Of a stretch of DNA of 64,000 nt, positions 53,150 through 64,000 are shown one piece after another. The stretch comes from Raillietiella orientalis (lineage: Eukaryota), in assembly GCA_036172245.1 (NCBI GenBank), contig JAYWIR010000012.1, positions 1,054,001 to 1,118,000 on the forward strand, read 5' to 3'. Positions within the stretch are counted from its first letter, which is position 1, and every line of letters begins with the position of its first letter. Made by a program: the position numbers and the translations under genes. Below the pieces are notes generated by a model. It was given only the letters and a program-made list of their open reading frames with translations, ran no database searches and was not told the DNA's origin.

Positions 53150-55400
53150 TCTTATTTATTTAATAAAAATGAAGAAATCACAAGTCAGTTACAGAAAAAA
53201 AGTTCACTGGGAGTAACCACCAGCTTGCAGACCGGTCTTTAAGGTAATCAAGAATGGGTGGAAGGGAACATTAAATAAAGTAAAATCAGAAGAAGGGAGG
53301 AAAGGGATTGTGGTCTTTGGTTTCAGCTGCCCTTTTCTTCCTAGAGCTGACTCTTAATTCTGACGATCTCCCTGGAAACTTTTTCTTGCAGGTAAGGCCG
53401 TCGTGCAGTCGTCTCCATCAAGGCGGATGTTATTCGAGTGGTCTCCCTTCCCTGAGAACGAGATTCCATCACGGAGCATGCTGCGGCAATGGCGCGGATG
53501 CAGCATCTCGTTGCCATCATGGCTCCTGTCGTCAGCCCGCTTCGCGTGAAGAAGCGCTGCGGCGAGTCCAAAGAGTGTCGAAGAGTTTCGTACTCCGAAT
53601 GGCAGAGCGTCGAGGCTGCTCTCCCCCAAACGTCCGCGGAGACACCGCAGTCTAGCAAGATTCCATCCTCCTGCACCTGGAACTGCTCGTGGAGGCCACT
53701 CCGTTGGGAACCAGGCTTGGCCTGCAGAAACAGCAGAACATCTCACTTTCACCGCAGTGGGAACACGGAGATGTCCGCACACGAGGAAAGGACCGCGAGT
53801 CCATCGAGGGGTACACCAAGCAGGTCGCAACACCGAAGGAGTCCCTTCGCCCGTGAACGAAGAGAGGCACCGTCCACCAAATCTCTCGTCTTGCTGTCGT
53901 CGTGGTGTTTCTGGACTCCTGGGATGTTGCACGAGAACTCCATCCCGCCGATTGGCTACTGTCATTTCTTGCCTTCAGGGCAAACAGTGCTGCGGTGAGG
54001 GGCGAGACGGCTATCCGGGACCAAGGAGTTCACTCCTGCAGGATTTCTTCCAGCGGCTTGCATGAGAGATTCCTTAGCAGACGAAGTTCTTCTGGGCTCA
54101 CTTCCAAAGTGTTCGCCCGGGACTTCAGTGCCTCCTGCCGCCAGGCATCTTAGTTTGGGAGAGAAGGCGTGTTTTTGTAGGCAGAAGCAAAGGCACAGAC
54201 TGAGTCACCTTTCGTGCCAAGAACTGGGCATGTAAACTTTCCAAGGGATCAAGTAAACCTGCAGGCACCCCGGACAGTGGTGCGAGCGAGCAGCTGGACG
54301 GCGATAGAAGACGTCTCGAATGTTCTAACGGCTGTCGCTTTCTTTCACCTTAGAGAACACTGTTCAGTGCGTTTGACGCTCGGCGAGATGGGCGTCTGCC
54401 GGGGACGGTGGCGTACTCCACCTTTAAATGAGAGGGACGGTGGTATTCGAGGCGGGTGGTATCAGGGAGGAATGGAATTGCGAGAGTTTTGACATGCAAA
54501 TCCTCTCGAGCTTTTCATTCATCTGATGAAACCATCAACGTTACCAAATGGATAATCGTGACGACTTCAGGAGCATCTGCACGCAGTAATTACTCACAAA
54601 CTCACCGAAACTCAAAAGACATCTGGAGGGCTAGGATTTCTCCTAGCTGCTTGCAGAGGAGTTTCCGCGGCACACGGAGAAGTTCCTCTTGGCGAATTTC
54701 CAGAGTGACTATCCATGACTCCAGTGCTTTCTGCTACCAGGCGTACCAGCTTTTGGGGCGGGAGGAGTTCCAAGGAGAGGATTCAACGAGGACAGTTGCC
54801 TCAGGGGAAAGCCGAACCCCTTCTGGAATCAACTGGTGAATCAAATTGAAATTATATTATCGATATCAACTTCAATCTCTTCTGCTTTCTATCATTCTGT
54901 GTCCGTGACTTCTGCCTACGTGTCCTTACTTTTCTTGCCCTGCTCATTCGGTAGGCAGTCAAGGAAATTTTGCCAACTCAGGATTCTGGACGTTCTTAGA
55001 TGTTCCCCTACCTGGACACTAGCAGCGTAGGAAGGTGGATTCCTCAACATTCGTGGGCAGCGATGGCGGATAAGGAGGAGAATAGGAGGCAATTCGAAAA
55101 ATCGATAAAAGTGCTTCTGAATTTTTGAGGATTAAGCGATGAAAGGCCTGGATCTTGTGACACCAGCTGGCGTCGAGCACCGGAACAAAAAAGAACACCA
55201 TGGTAGTCAGGTTCTCGTTATCCACTGCGCTCAGCAAGAGGACTTCAAGAGCAACGCACTTAGATGAAGAAAGCCAGGAAGCGACTATCTTCCGTTCAGG
55301 CAAAATCAGGGAGTCCAATTTATCCTTTCAATCAGTCAAGCTGGTAATCCCGATAACTGCAGATCAGCATCAGCGAGATTCGAGGCATCGACACACAAAC
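53150..55400 (-). mobile_element. Family B L1/Tx1-like 3' half
   Basis: The 3' end matches 7845-8200. LLDCG..VW zinc region is present, with weaker upstream post-RT remnants (LDSLILPERKIVA..HKIQAF). Confidence 0.6.
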
Positions 55401-55659
55401 AGCACAGAGAATCCAAATTTCTCCAAGGGATACATTAGAAAGAGGTGGTCATGGAGGTCGCAAACAGACGTCTTTGAGACACGGAAAGGCGAGCCTCACA
55501 TAAGGTTTTCTTTTTTTTGGTTCACTAAGTACCTCAAGAGCCGGTCGCGTGCCTCGCGGCGCACGTGGCTCTTTTTAAACATTAACACACTGTTTTGTTT
55601 CCACGCCCCTCCGCCCGCAGCAACCGCAGGGAGGGCGTGTAAATTCTGCAGTGTAATTC

Positions 55660-56443
55660 TTCAGGATAGGGGGCACCCCGGAATAGGGTCCGCCCTATGA
55701 ATCCAGGAAGGGCTCGGAGTCCGTTCCTCTCACGCTTGGGGAGGGATCGCACCTCCCACCCTGGTTGTCTCCGAAGGGGAACCCTGAAGGGAATCTCCTT
55801 CCTCATTCTCTCTGGAGGGACGCCCCCCTGAAAGAGGGGTGGTCCTCTCCATTTCAACTTTTCCGAAGGGAACCCGGAAAGGATCCGCTTGTAGGAATTT
55901 CTTCTCCGGAGGGAACCCGCAAGGGAACCGCTCCTTGTTCACTCCTCTGAAGAGAACCCCGAAGGGACACTTCCGAAAGTCAGAAGGGGCGCTGCAGCTT
56001 CCCGCAGGGAATCGCTCTCGCTTGCTTCCCTGTGCACACTCTGTGAAGAGGCGACGACTCGGAGGGACCCCCCAACAGGGGGGTCCGCTCCTTTGAACAA
56101 CTGGAGAGTGCCCGTGAGGGCTCCTGCTCCATCTTGAAACCGGAGGTGGTCCCCCGGTGACGGGGGTCCGCTCTCCGTTGCACGACAGGAGGGGGAACTC
56201 CCCACTCCTTTATTCCTGGGAGGACCCGAAGGTCGACTCCCATTGTTCCGGCCTTCATCAGGAGGCCGCCGGCTTTATCCACCGCCGGGGTCACGCCCGA
56301 ATGTCTCGGCCAACCAGCACCATTGCAGGAGAAACTCGGAACCCAAACGACGCAGTGGCGTCAAGTTATCTGCCGAAGTATTCGAACCCGCGACGCATGG
56401 TGCCACGCGCGAAAGCCTTAACCACAAAGCCTCCGACGCGGGC
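55660..56443 (-). mobile_element. tRNA-headed SINE, copy 5
   Basis: Head GCCCGCGTCGGAGGCTTTGTGGTTAAGG..GCGTCGCGGGTTCGAATAC; body CCCTATGAATCCAGGAAGGGCTC. Confidence 0.8.
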
Positions 56444-57399
56444 CCTCATATAGGGTTCAGAGGGAATGGTGGAAGACAGCGTGCCGTCTTTTGGTCCTGA
56501 GCCTTTCCTGTGCACTGTTTCGAGATTCATTTGAGTTTTGCGAGTGGCGCTGGAATTTCACGCTCCCATAGAGGCATCTGAAAGGCACGAGGAGGCTAAT
56601 ATGCAAAATCTCGGAAACATTCCTCGTGCCTGCATGCGAGAGTCGTCAGACATTCATATCTAGCACTCGCGTTAGACACTCCACCCACACACATCGAGGC
56701 GGCCAAGTGCTGCTTTCCTCTTTGTTTTGATGACCTTCCTCAAAGCAAATGGGCTGGGATCGTTGCCGCTGATGACTGACTCTATTCGACTCTGTTCAGG
56801 TTTGCTCCCGAGTCTTTGCTGGGAAGCAGGCGCAAGTGCTCCCTTGAATCGAAGAGTCTGAGGATGAGTCTACGTCCGTGTCCAAAATCCTCCTTCCCCA
56901 GTATAAAAGTCAACTGCATGGGCCTTGAGCTCTACAAGTACTTTCTTTACAAGTTCTCTATCTCGTAACGCAGCACCGGAAAGTGTCTCTTCGACTTTCC
57001 TCTGTTTCCAGACTACCGCCCGTTCTCTTCAAGCGCTCACATTGAGTTGGCTCATGAGCTTGTGGCGGCACAAGTCGGCATATCACGTGTGAGGGCATGC
57101 AAAGCATGGCAACCACTGCCGACTCCGGGAACCTAGGATTGGCGACTTAGACCATTTGCAGCGATCGTCAGTTTCAAAGGGTTGCGTGCCGGATCGTGTT
57201 GCACTCCACGATTGTATGGGACCCGGTCATTTTCCAAAGACCAGAAAGAACCACCAGCAGCCAGGTAACAATTCACAGGACGGTGAAAGACCCTTGTTTT
57301 CTAACACGTGGTGAACGTGAAAAAACGATCTCTGCTCCGAGGACTTAGAGGTAGCCTCGTGGAGGCCGAACTTCTGGAACTAAAGATCGACTGGACCAT

Positions 57400-60300
57400 G
57401 ACCAAAGGCTGCTCGCAAGAGAACCTCCTCCATTTCGGGATCCCGCTGAAGTATTTGCTGCATTCTCCAGCTCTGCGGCCATGGCGATCCCATGCGAGGC
57501 TCAGCACACCGTCGCGACCCTCCTTCTACTCTCCGAAACCTGGACAATTTGCTACCCTCCTCGAAAGGAACTCCGGGGGACAGCAGTAGTTTTACACCGG
57601 CCGGTCCTCTGGCATAGGCTCGACGCTTAAACGTCACCCATCTTTAGGAGCGGCTGCTTCGGCAGGCGCGTCGTTGCTTACTCCGTAGTGAATTCCGACT
57701 GTCCTGCTGTCCATAGCAACCGACACCTTTTGGGGAACCTACTGAGCTTCGCATCGGATGCTGAAAGTCAACGTTCCGTTTGCTCCCCAGCGCCAGTTCT
57801 CTCAAGAACCGGACTCTGAGAGTCCGATCTTCGGCACCCAAGCAAGAAGAACTCCTCAGCAATTTAATGACTTGAAGTGGATGCGCGATGTGATGCTGTG
57901 TGGCGACAGCATCCCATACCACTTCAGATGAACACCGACGCAAACATTGCTCCAGTTGCTTCAGTTTGCTCCAGCAAACCATGACGCAAGGGTAGCTCGG
58001 GGAAGGTGGGAGAGAGAATTAAAACGAAGGAGAGATCATCTCAAGATTTGGGACCGAACTTGTCCAGGTAACAATGAAGAATCGTAGGGACCTCGGACCC
58101 GCAATTGGGAATTTTCCTGGATTGAAATGCGTGAGATCTCGTCTAGATGCTTCTTTTCTTTCTAAGCGACCAGTTGGGTGGCGTAGTCTTGGTGCAGGAG
58201 CCTCAACAAGTCTCTGCCAGCACCCACACCGGGTTTTGCGTCAGGAAGGCTGCGTGGTGCGGCACACGTTCCCATGTTTTACTGAGGTTGTTGTAACGGG
58301 GGTGTTTGTTCGCTTTCCTTCGAGGCAACACGGAACGCCGAATTGCAGTGTTACACGGCGTAGGTGTGGCGGTGCGCATTCCGGGGTCATGGGATGCAAT
58401 GGTGCAGGGGGGAGTGGGGAGGTCTAAATTGAGAGGCACTCGCTAGCGGTCATAGTCCTCTTGGATGCACACCATCAAATGGCTTTCTATTGGAACAGTC
58501 AGCAGTTCTGGAGGAGCAGGGAGTGCATCTTCCTCCCTGTCACATCAGTGAGTGGTCGCAAGAGAAGGATCGTGTGAGGGAAGGAGCTAAATGAGGGACT
58601 CTTGGGTCGATCTTCGAGGCGGGATCGGAGGGATCCATCCTGCTGGGTAGGAACGTGCTTACAGTAGGTACTTCTAAATTTCCAAATGGTCCCAGCAATC
58701 AGCAACGGACTAAAAGCTTTCAATCTTGGATTAACCAAGGTCCAAGTTCGCGATCTGATGCCACGAGGGAACCCATCAGAGTGGTCTCTACCACGGCTAA
58801 AGCGGGTGCCATGACTACACAACCTTGAGAAACATGATCACGGCTAAGCACACAGCCTTTGTCTCTTATAGGTGTCCCAATCTTCCTGAAAAAGGAGCGC
58901 TTTCGACATCCAAAGTGGTCAGGTGGGTGGAAAATGAGCTCACAGTTTCTGGCTACGGTCAGCTGTTTGTTTCGATATCCTCGCCTTCTTGTGATGAGGT
59001 CAAAGGTCACTCAGAACGGACGTCGTCGCGCAGTTCTACCTTCGCTCCGCGATGTCGGGAGGCGACGACGAAGCACGTGACCAAGGTCTTTTTCGGACGC
59101 ACTCCGTGTTGAGGGTGTTCTTGCCATCGGGAAATAGTTTGGTCTCCGTTCAAGGTGCCCTTCTGCAGTGCGGATGGTTTCAGGACGGTGAGGTGCGGTG
59201 GTTGCACTCTTGCCCTTGAAAGGGAGAAGAAGGCAAGCCCTCACCAGAGGTTACACCAGAATCAGTCGTCATCAGTCGAATTTTAGGGAATCCCATCTTT
59301 CTCTGCCAGCTGAGCTTCTGCGATTGATCCAATTTGTAAGCCGGAACCGGGCATCCTAACCCTATTAAAGGCTACTGCTCAAATACCTCCCTCATTTCTT
59401 ATTCATGTGTGCTTTCTCCATTCATATGAAGGATGAAAACATTTCTGAGGAATGGAGCATCCTCGAATCCGAGTTCAAGGGGAGGCTCCAGATGGCAGCA
59501 CCTATAGTTTTTCTCAGCGATGGATGGGCCAACCGTACGCCGCAGCAGAAGAGGGATCGCAAGAGGATGCTTCGAAACTGGGTAAAGAGAAGGCGCCGAT
59601 GAGATGGACGGCCAGATCAAGGCGAACCTAAGCGCTCTACAAGTGGTGCGCTCCAGAAAAAGCTGGTCGAGAAAGACCATTTTGGAGAATCTCAAGTGGG
59701 AAAATGCATCTTGAACTTCGGAAGAAAGTCGCAAAGAAATGAGGAAGGTCACGCAAAGCGCAGCTGATCCCGGAGCTCTTCGCCATCTGATGCTGCTCCT
59801 TGCAGGCCGAGATAGGCTGCCGGCCTTAGTGCGCATCCAGGGAAACCAATGCAAGAAGCCAATGACGATTTCTCAAGGAACATCTTCCAGCTGAATGAGG
59901 AATGTCTTCACTTTTCATCGAAAAAGCATCGCAGCTGAAGTGGGATGCCTCCCAGAAGCGGGGAAATGTTCTAGCATCATGAGAGCAATACTGTCCTGGG
60001 AGAAGGACAGCTTGGCTCTCGCTGTCCGGAGTCAAGGGAACGGTGGTGTGTGCTCCAAGCCCCAGGGAACGAGGGGATGAGACGGAGCCGTTCCTCTGGA
60101 AGGCAGAGGCGTTTCGTCAATGCTCCTTCTTCCTTCGAAGAAGGCAAACTCACCAGCAGCTCTACAAATTCGTTTCCCTATCCCTCCTCTGTGATGGAGG
60201 CCCTTGCATGTCATGTGCTCCTGAAAAAATTGTGGGAGTGCCACGAGCAACTCTGGACTTATTTTAGGGGCCTCAAATGAACCGACGAGTCAGAAGTGGA

Positions 60301-62250
60301 GGGAGATATAATCCACCCTTGATTTGAGGGAGGTATTCAAAACACGAAAAGGGAATGGGAAGAGTCGGGAGCGGGATGCCATTTCTGGAAAAATGTTCTG
60401 GGATCTCGTACTGCTTTAACACCATGTTGGAACGAGTGCCACGACAAGTAGGGGAACGCTGCTCGGTTCATTTCGAGACTCTACTCTTCCTTTTGATCCA
60501 GATACCATCCCTGAGTACCCGAACGGGCCGATCCACCGTCTGTCGAAGAGTCCACGGCCGCGGTCAGCGCTTCCGCCATCAAGAAATCCTGCCACAGGTG
60601 AAATTCTGCAAAGCGACGTGCACCTCCGCCAGTGGGGTGGCCGTTGGCTTCCGTGGAGCTCGGAATCGCGGCCGCCCTATAATCACAAGGCTTCGCATCA
60701 AGCTGGGTATTCGAAACTAGAGCCACGTCAGACGACCAGTCATACAGTCATCCTACCCACTCATCAAACATTTAACTGCAAGAGGCTGAGAAAACCTCGA
60801 GGCGAGCGCCGTCTCAAAGGAGGACGGAGGGAAAGAGCAAACCAGTTCGGAGAGCTGGGCTCTTGAAGACCCAAGAAAGGTTCTGGGGCCGAAGCTGCCT
60901 CAGTCCATTTCGTGAGAGCGCAATAAGGCTGAGGCCAATAATCGGTCGTCGAAGAAATTGGCTGGTCATTTGCAAAACGCCTCGAAGACTGCGGTCGCGG
61001 CAACACACTAGCTGTCACTTCTGCCTCCTCCTTCCTCTTCCTTTTTTCACTGATTCGTGAAAAAACTAGTTGAATTTGACGGAACCGCCGCCGCCTCTAA
61101 GACGCTGACGTGTTCTCCGTCCTCTCCCTCCAAGAAGGTCGGCTTCATTGAAATAAGGGGGTGGCAACACTGCTGGTGTGCCAGCTGGATACGTGCACTC
61201 GTTTCCAAACTGCTTTTTTGGATGCAGCTTGAGTCTGCGAGACGCAGGAATCGTCGTGTCGTCCTTGCGGAGTCGAAAGAGCTGTCCCGTGCTTTGGGGG
61301 TCGACCAATGGGATCATTTGGCAGAGATCCTGCCGCATCAGTTGCCCGAGGCAACAATGTTCAAGTAAGATTGGACCCAGTGGAAACTACAAGGAATGAT
61401 TCTGCCACCAGCTGCTTCGACCCTAGAAGCATCTCATGAGCTGGACCACGAACTCGTTGAGACATCCGAGATCCACTGCGGATGGACAACTGCTGAAGAA
61501 GAGTGCGTGGAGTGCTGTCTCCCAAGAGGGACATCGTTTTCATGATGAGGCTCAACAGGAACGAGTCCACCAGAGCTAATGAGAAGAGACACCATCCTCG
61601 TCTCCCAAGAGAGAAAAAGTTTTTCCCCCGTTGCTGCGGCAACGACGGCGCGTCATTCTGGTTCGGCGCGGGTGGCTTCATCCTTCCGAGAGCTGCATCG
61701 CGAACTCTCGGTTATTCGCACGGCTCCTCACAGGGTGGCTGAGGAGAGATCCTGAAGCATCCGAGCTATGAACTGTCCTCCGTGATGGAGTTGCTGCGTT
61801 ACCACATCCCGCGCGTCTGACGACCTGCCTCTCCGAGAATCATCCCATGCAGCCGACCAGCCGGCTGCGAAACTGTGTTGGCTGGGTTCATTCGAAGGTC
61901 ATCCCACGAGTGGATCAAATCTCATGACTTTTCGCCGCGGGAGAAACCATCATTCATGTCGGTGATGCGCGGGTGACCTTCCGAGCGCGGGCCGTGAGCG
62001 TGACGTGATTGGACGTCCCGAGGATCAAATCTGCACTTGACTTCTCGCCGCTTCGGCCGAACCACCGCCTCTCGGCCGTGGGGAAGCCAGAGATGGGGAG
62101 AGAGGCCGGAGCAGCATTCGGCACGCCAGAAGGTCTGCCACTCGCCTGCACCAAGGGTGGAGCTCTGAAGGGTCTCGTTCCACCGAACTTCAGCTTCGGG
62201 ATGAGCGATGCTGTTTCATCCGGGAAGTCTGAGTCCATCTCACGAGATCT
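57400..62250 (+). mobile_element. Long, heavily decayed L1/Tx1-like ORF2, probably with a nested minus-strand fragment at ~58.4-59.2 kb
   Basis: Ordered remnants: ATLLLLSETW (APE), APGNEG (KAPGPDG-like), FVSLSLL, PSKKVGFIEI..ASWIRAL. The nested minus piece reads LLIAGTIWKFR. Confidence 0.5.
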
Positions 62251-62344
62251 TTTTTCTTTTTATTTTTATGAAATGCTAGTAGTGACTTCTCGAAGAGATA
62301 ATCACTTTTGGACTAGGATGGTGGAAATCCTTTGGGTTTCTTCG

Positions 62345-62975
62345 GGTTTTTCTGCTTTTTGTTTTTTTTGGTTCGCCGAGTGCTGAAGGACAGTCCGTCT
62401 CCTTTGAAGGGAGCTCATGAAGCCCTCTAAGCACCGTCCACGCCATCGGAGGGTGCTTGTCAACTCTCCGAGTTAGGAGTCACCCCGGAAGGACTACCAC
62501 ATGAATCCAGTGAAGGTTTCTGAGGACAAAGTCCGTTTCTCTTACTCTTGAGAGGGAGCCGCGGAGGGAACCTCTTTCTTATGCTGCCCGGAGGAAACCC
62601 GGAAAGGATCCGCTCCTGGAATTCTTTCTCCGGAGGTTACCCGCAAGGGAGCTACTTCTTATTTCCTCTTCCTATGAAGAGCACTCCGAAGGAACGCTTC
62701 TCAATTTCTCTGAAGAGTCGCTCCCCGAAGGGAGCAGCACACTTCATGACCTCTGGAGAGATATCAATGCACCAGCTCCATGGTACGAGACGGAGGGTCC
62801 TCCACGAGGAGGGGGACGGTTCCATTTTCCCAACTAAAGGGAAACTCAGAAGGAAGCCATCTCCTCGGTTCTTTCCTCCCTCCTGGGTTCCTGAAAAAAC
62901 TCCGGAGGGTGCACTTCCGATGATGACCAGTCAACGGGGATACACGACTTCCGACTTCCACCAGCGCAGCTGCAC
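62345..62975 (-). mobile_element. SINE copy 6, lacking the tRNA head (5'-truncated)
   Basis: TTTTTTTTGGTTCGCCGAGTGCTGAAG tail end, GCTCATGAAGC..AGCACCGTCCACGCCA and ATGAATCCAG are shared with the other copies. Confidence 0.75.
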
Positions 62976-64000
62976 CCGAAGTCTGTGCGCTCATCGGAAG
63001 CATCTTGGGCATCTGCTTCGAAAGCACATGCATAAGATGCAGCCCATCCGCTGCCGGACAGTCTGTTGCTGCTCGCGTTCGGGATGAATCCCTGGAAGGG
63101 GGGTTCGACTGGATCGTTGCAAGGCCACCGGCAATTGCGTGGTTTCCTCCTTTGTGGAAAAGGATGCTGCTCTATGAACTAGCTCAGTTCCTTGGATTCT
63201 TGGATTCTAAGAGCTTCAAGCAGTTTTCTGATCCATGAGCGTACTTGCCAAGATATTTTCAGGTCCCATTGGCGGACAGGCGCAGTTTGAGCCTCTACGC
63301 CGCCCGAGACCACCGTCTGGGGTTCTCTAGTTTCGTCTAAAGTTCTGAAGGAACACTTCCACTGGCCTGATCTGGTGTCATTTGTTCCTCTTCGGGCTGC
63401 TGCTGCGCTAGATGATTTCTGTGGTTCCTTCAAACTGCCCCTCAACCGCTCTCGTCTGCACCCGTGGCCGGATGCTGTGGTTTGCAGCGCTAAGCAATCC
63501 GATCCGAGAAGAACCATACGAGTTCAACCAACCATCTCCTCATTGCTTCTTCATACCCTTTCTCACCGGTCAGCTCTCTGAAAAAGGGACCTCTGCTCTC
63601 GGTGGTGGACGTGGTTTAAGGTTGCACCTTTCCTCAGCTCTCCGCTCCGACCGCCGACTGAACAGAGGTGCTCCCCCATGCGGGAGAAAATTCTTCCTTG
63701 CTGACTTTTCTCTACATCGCAGTAAGCGAGAGCATACCCACTTGGCGTCCCGTTCCTCCTCTCATCCCACGGTTTCATGATTGGCAGGCGATGTGCAAGT
63801 TTTTCCGGGAGACGGCAACGCCATCGTCGGGACAGGCGAGATGCGGAGCGAGGGAACTCGGAGGTGCGACGGAGGGAAAAAGATATACCCAGGGACGCTG
63901 AGGGGAGACCATGGTTAGCAGGAAAGACCGGGAGAGGCATGTTGCAGCCAGCACGGACGGCTCCGTTCCCAGGAAGTTCCTGTTTTCCGTTCTCTGTATT

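Noticed and set aside
38323..62975. CRISPR array or prokaryotic/phage system
   Set aside because: The subrepeats are degenerate with no unique spacers, and there are no cas genes or operon-like coding density.
1..64000. The many 60-250 aa ORFs in the track as real genes (e.g. 31313-32062, 40523-41137, 44361-45047, 49022-49678)
   Set aside because: They have no recognisable domains and overlap in several frames in GC-rich or TE-derived DNA, as expected by chance.

Overview
Eukaryotic, probably arthropod, repeat-dense genomic DNA. The assignment rests on a Drosophila-like U1 snRNA and a zipper-like myosin tailpiece. I could not support any intact host gene. The window is mostly a graveyard of decayed L1/Tx1-type non-LTR retrotransposons (about 20 fragments from several families), plus six same-strand copies of a ~750 bp tRNA-headed, poly(A)-tailed SINE. 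The main feature is a near full-length, frameshifted Tx1-like LINE (~18.2-23.55 kb, +). Its 5' end abuts a U1 snRNA-like sequence truncated in stem-loop IV. Its RT domain is cleanly interrupted by an antisense ~476 bp fragment of the non-muscle myosin II heavy chain 3' end. Its 3' 1.5 kb is duplicated almost identically in inverted orientation at ~5.7-7.2 kb. All homology calls were made by eye from motifs; no searches were run, and boundaries of decayed elements are approximate.
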